From contig CAVRYX010000001.1 in assembly GCA_963725535.1 (NCBI GenBank), positions 75,540-139,539 of the forward strand: 64,000 nt of DNA, given 5' to 3'. Each line of letters opens with the position of its first letter. Position 1 is the first letter of the stretch. Positions 63,610-64,000 of the stretch are shown piece by piece. The translations under genes and the position numbers were made by a program. The notes below the pieces were generated by a model. That model was not told the DNA's origin and made no database searches. It was given only the letters and a program-made list of their open reading frames with translations. This DNA is from an uncultured Solirubrobacterales bacterium. GTDB lineage: Bacteria; Actinomycetota; Thermoleophilia; Solirubrobacterales; Solirubrobacteraceae.

Positions 63610-64000
63610 TCAGAGCGCCCGGACCAGCAACTGCTCCTCGCCGGCGAGCGTCTGGCTGGTGGCGGAGTCGATCCGCACGTGGGTGAGCTCACCGGGGGCG
63701 GCGAGGCCTGTGAAGTTGACGACCTTGTTGTGGCGGGTGCGCCCGCGCAGCCGCTCCGGGTCGGTGCGGGAGGGGCCCTCCACGAGCACCTCCACGGTGC
63801 GCCCGACGTAGCGCTGGGCGCGCTCGCGGGCGTGGCGCTGGACGGCCTCCACGAGGCGCTCCATGCGCTCCACCTTCACCGGGTGCGGGACGAGGCCGTC
63901 GGTGAGCTCTGCCGCCTCGGTGCCGCGACGGGGCGAGAACAGGAACGTGAAAGCGCCGTCGTAGCGGACCTGCTCGACGAGCGAGAGCGTCTGCTCGAAG
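63610..64000 (-). CDS. miaB: MiaB/RimO-family methylthiotransferase, C-terminal part incl. TRAM domain (5' end outside window)
   Basis: Own translation upstream of the track ORF: FEQTLSLVEQVRYDGAFTFLFSPRRGTEAA...; then VGRTVEVLVEG...GRTRHNKVVNF...G..V.V.I..A. Confidence 0.75.
   Translation of the reverse strand, partial: FEQTLSLVEQVRYDGAFTFLFSPRRGTEAAELTDGLVPHPVKVERMERLVEAVQRHARERAQRYVGRTVEVLVEGPSRTDPERLRGRTRHNKVVNFTGLAAPGELTHVRIDSATSQTLAGEEQLLVRAL

Overview
High-GC (about 70% by eye) actinobacterial-type chromosome segment. The gene content looks Thermoleophilia/Conexibacter-like, but that is a guess and cannot be verified here. No rRNA, tRNA or CRISPR array was found by eye. Left part (1-27.3 kb): acyl-CoA dehydrogenase and quinone oxidoreductase; an ECF sigma/anti-sigma pair divergent from a lipoprotein and a cupredoxin; an ApbE / ferric-reductase-like / NuoF-like / ferredoxin redox cluster; an OmpR/histidine-kinase pair; a sulfatase; two IclR paralogs; GH27 alpha-galactosidase plus a Cys-repeat propeller protein; and a PadR / ABC / FtsX / DUF2600 block. 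Middle part (27.4-48.5 kb) is accessory and visibly lower in GC. It holds a Thr-rich collagen-like protein divergent from a GT2/TPR glycosyltransferase, and an 816-aa secreted protein with a Glu/Lys helical stalk and polybasic tail. It also holds two tandem atypical LuxR regulators, detox-type enzymes, a two-gene deletion scar, VapBC and RES-Xre toxin-antitoxin pairs, and an LRAT-domain membrane protein. It ends in a three-level nested mobile element: a large-serine-recombinase element inside an IS701-like IS inside an IS256-like IS. Right part (48.5-64 kb) is core: SIMPL protein, ACAD, PPIase, DAG-kinase-like, murT-gatD, hflX, dapL, dapF, miaA, SDR, lipoproteins and partial miaB. The least expected signal is a set of non-coding repeat families. 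Two have stems showing compensatory changes between copies; a third is a mosaic palindromic repeat. Several are inserted in frame in genes or sit exactly on gene junctions. There are also G/C hairpin insertions flanked by long direct repeats in dapF and upstream of dapL.
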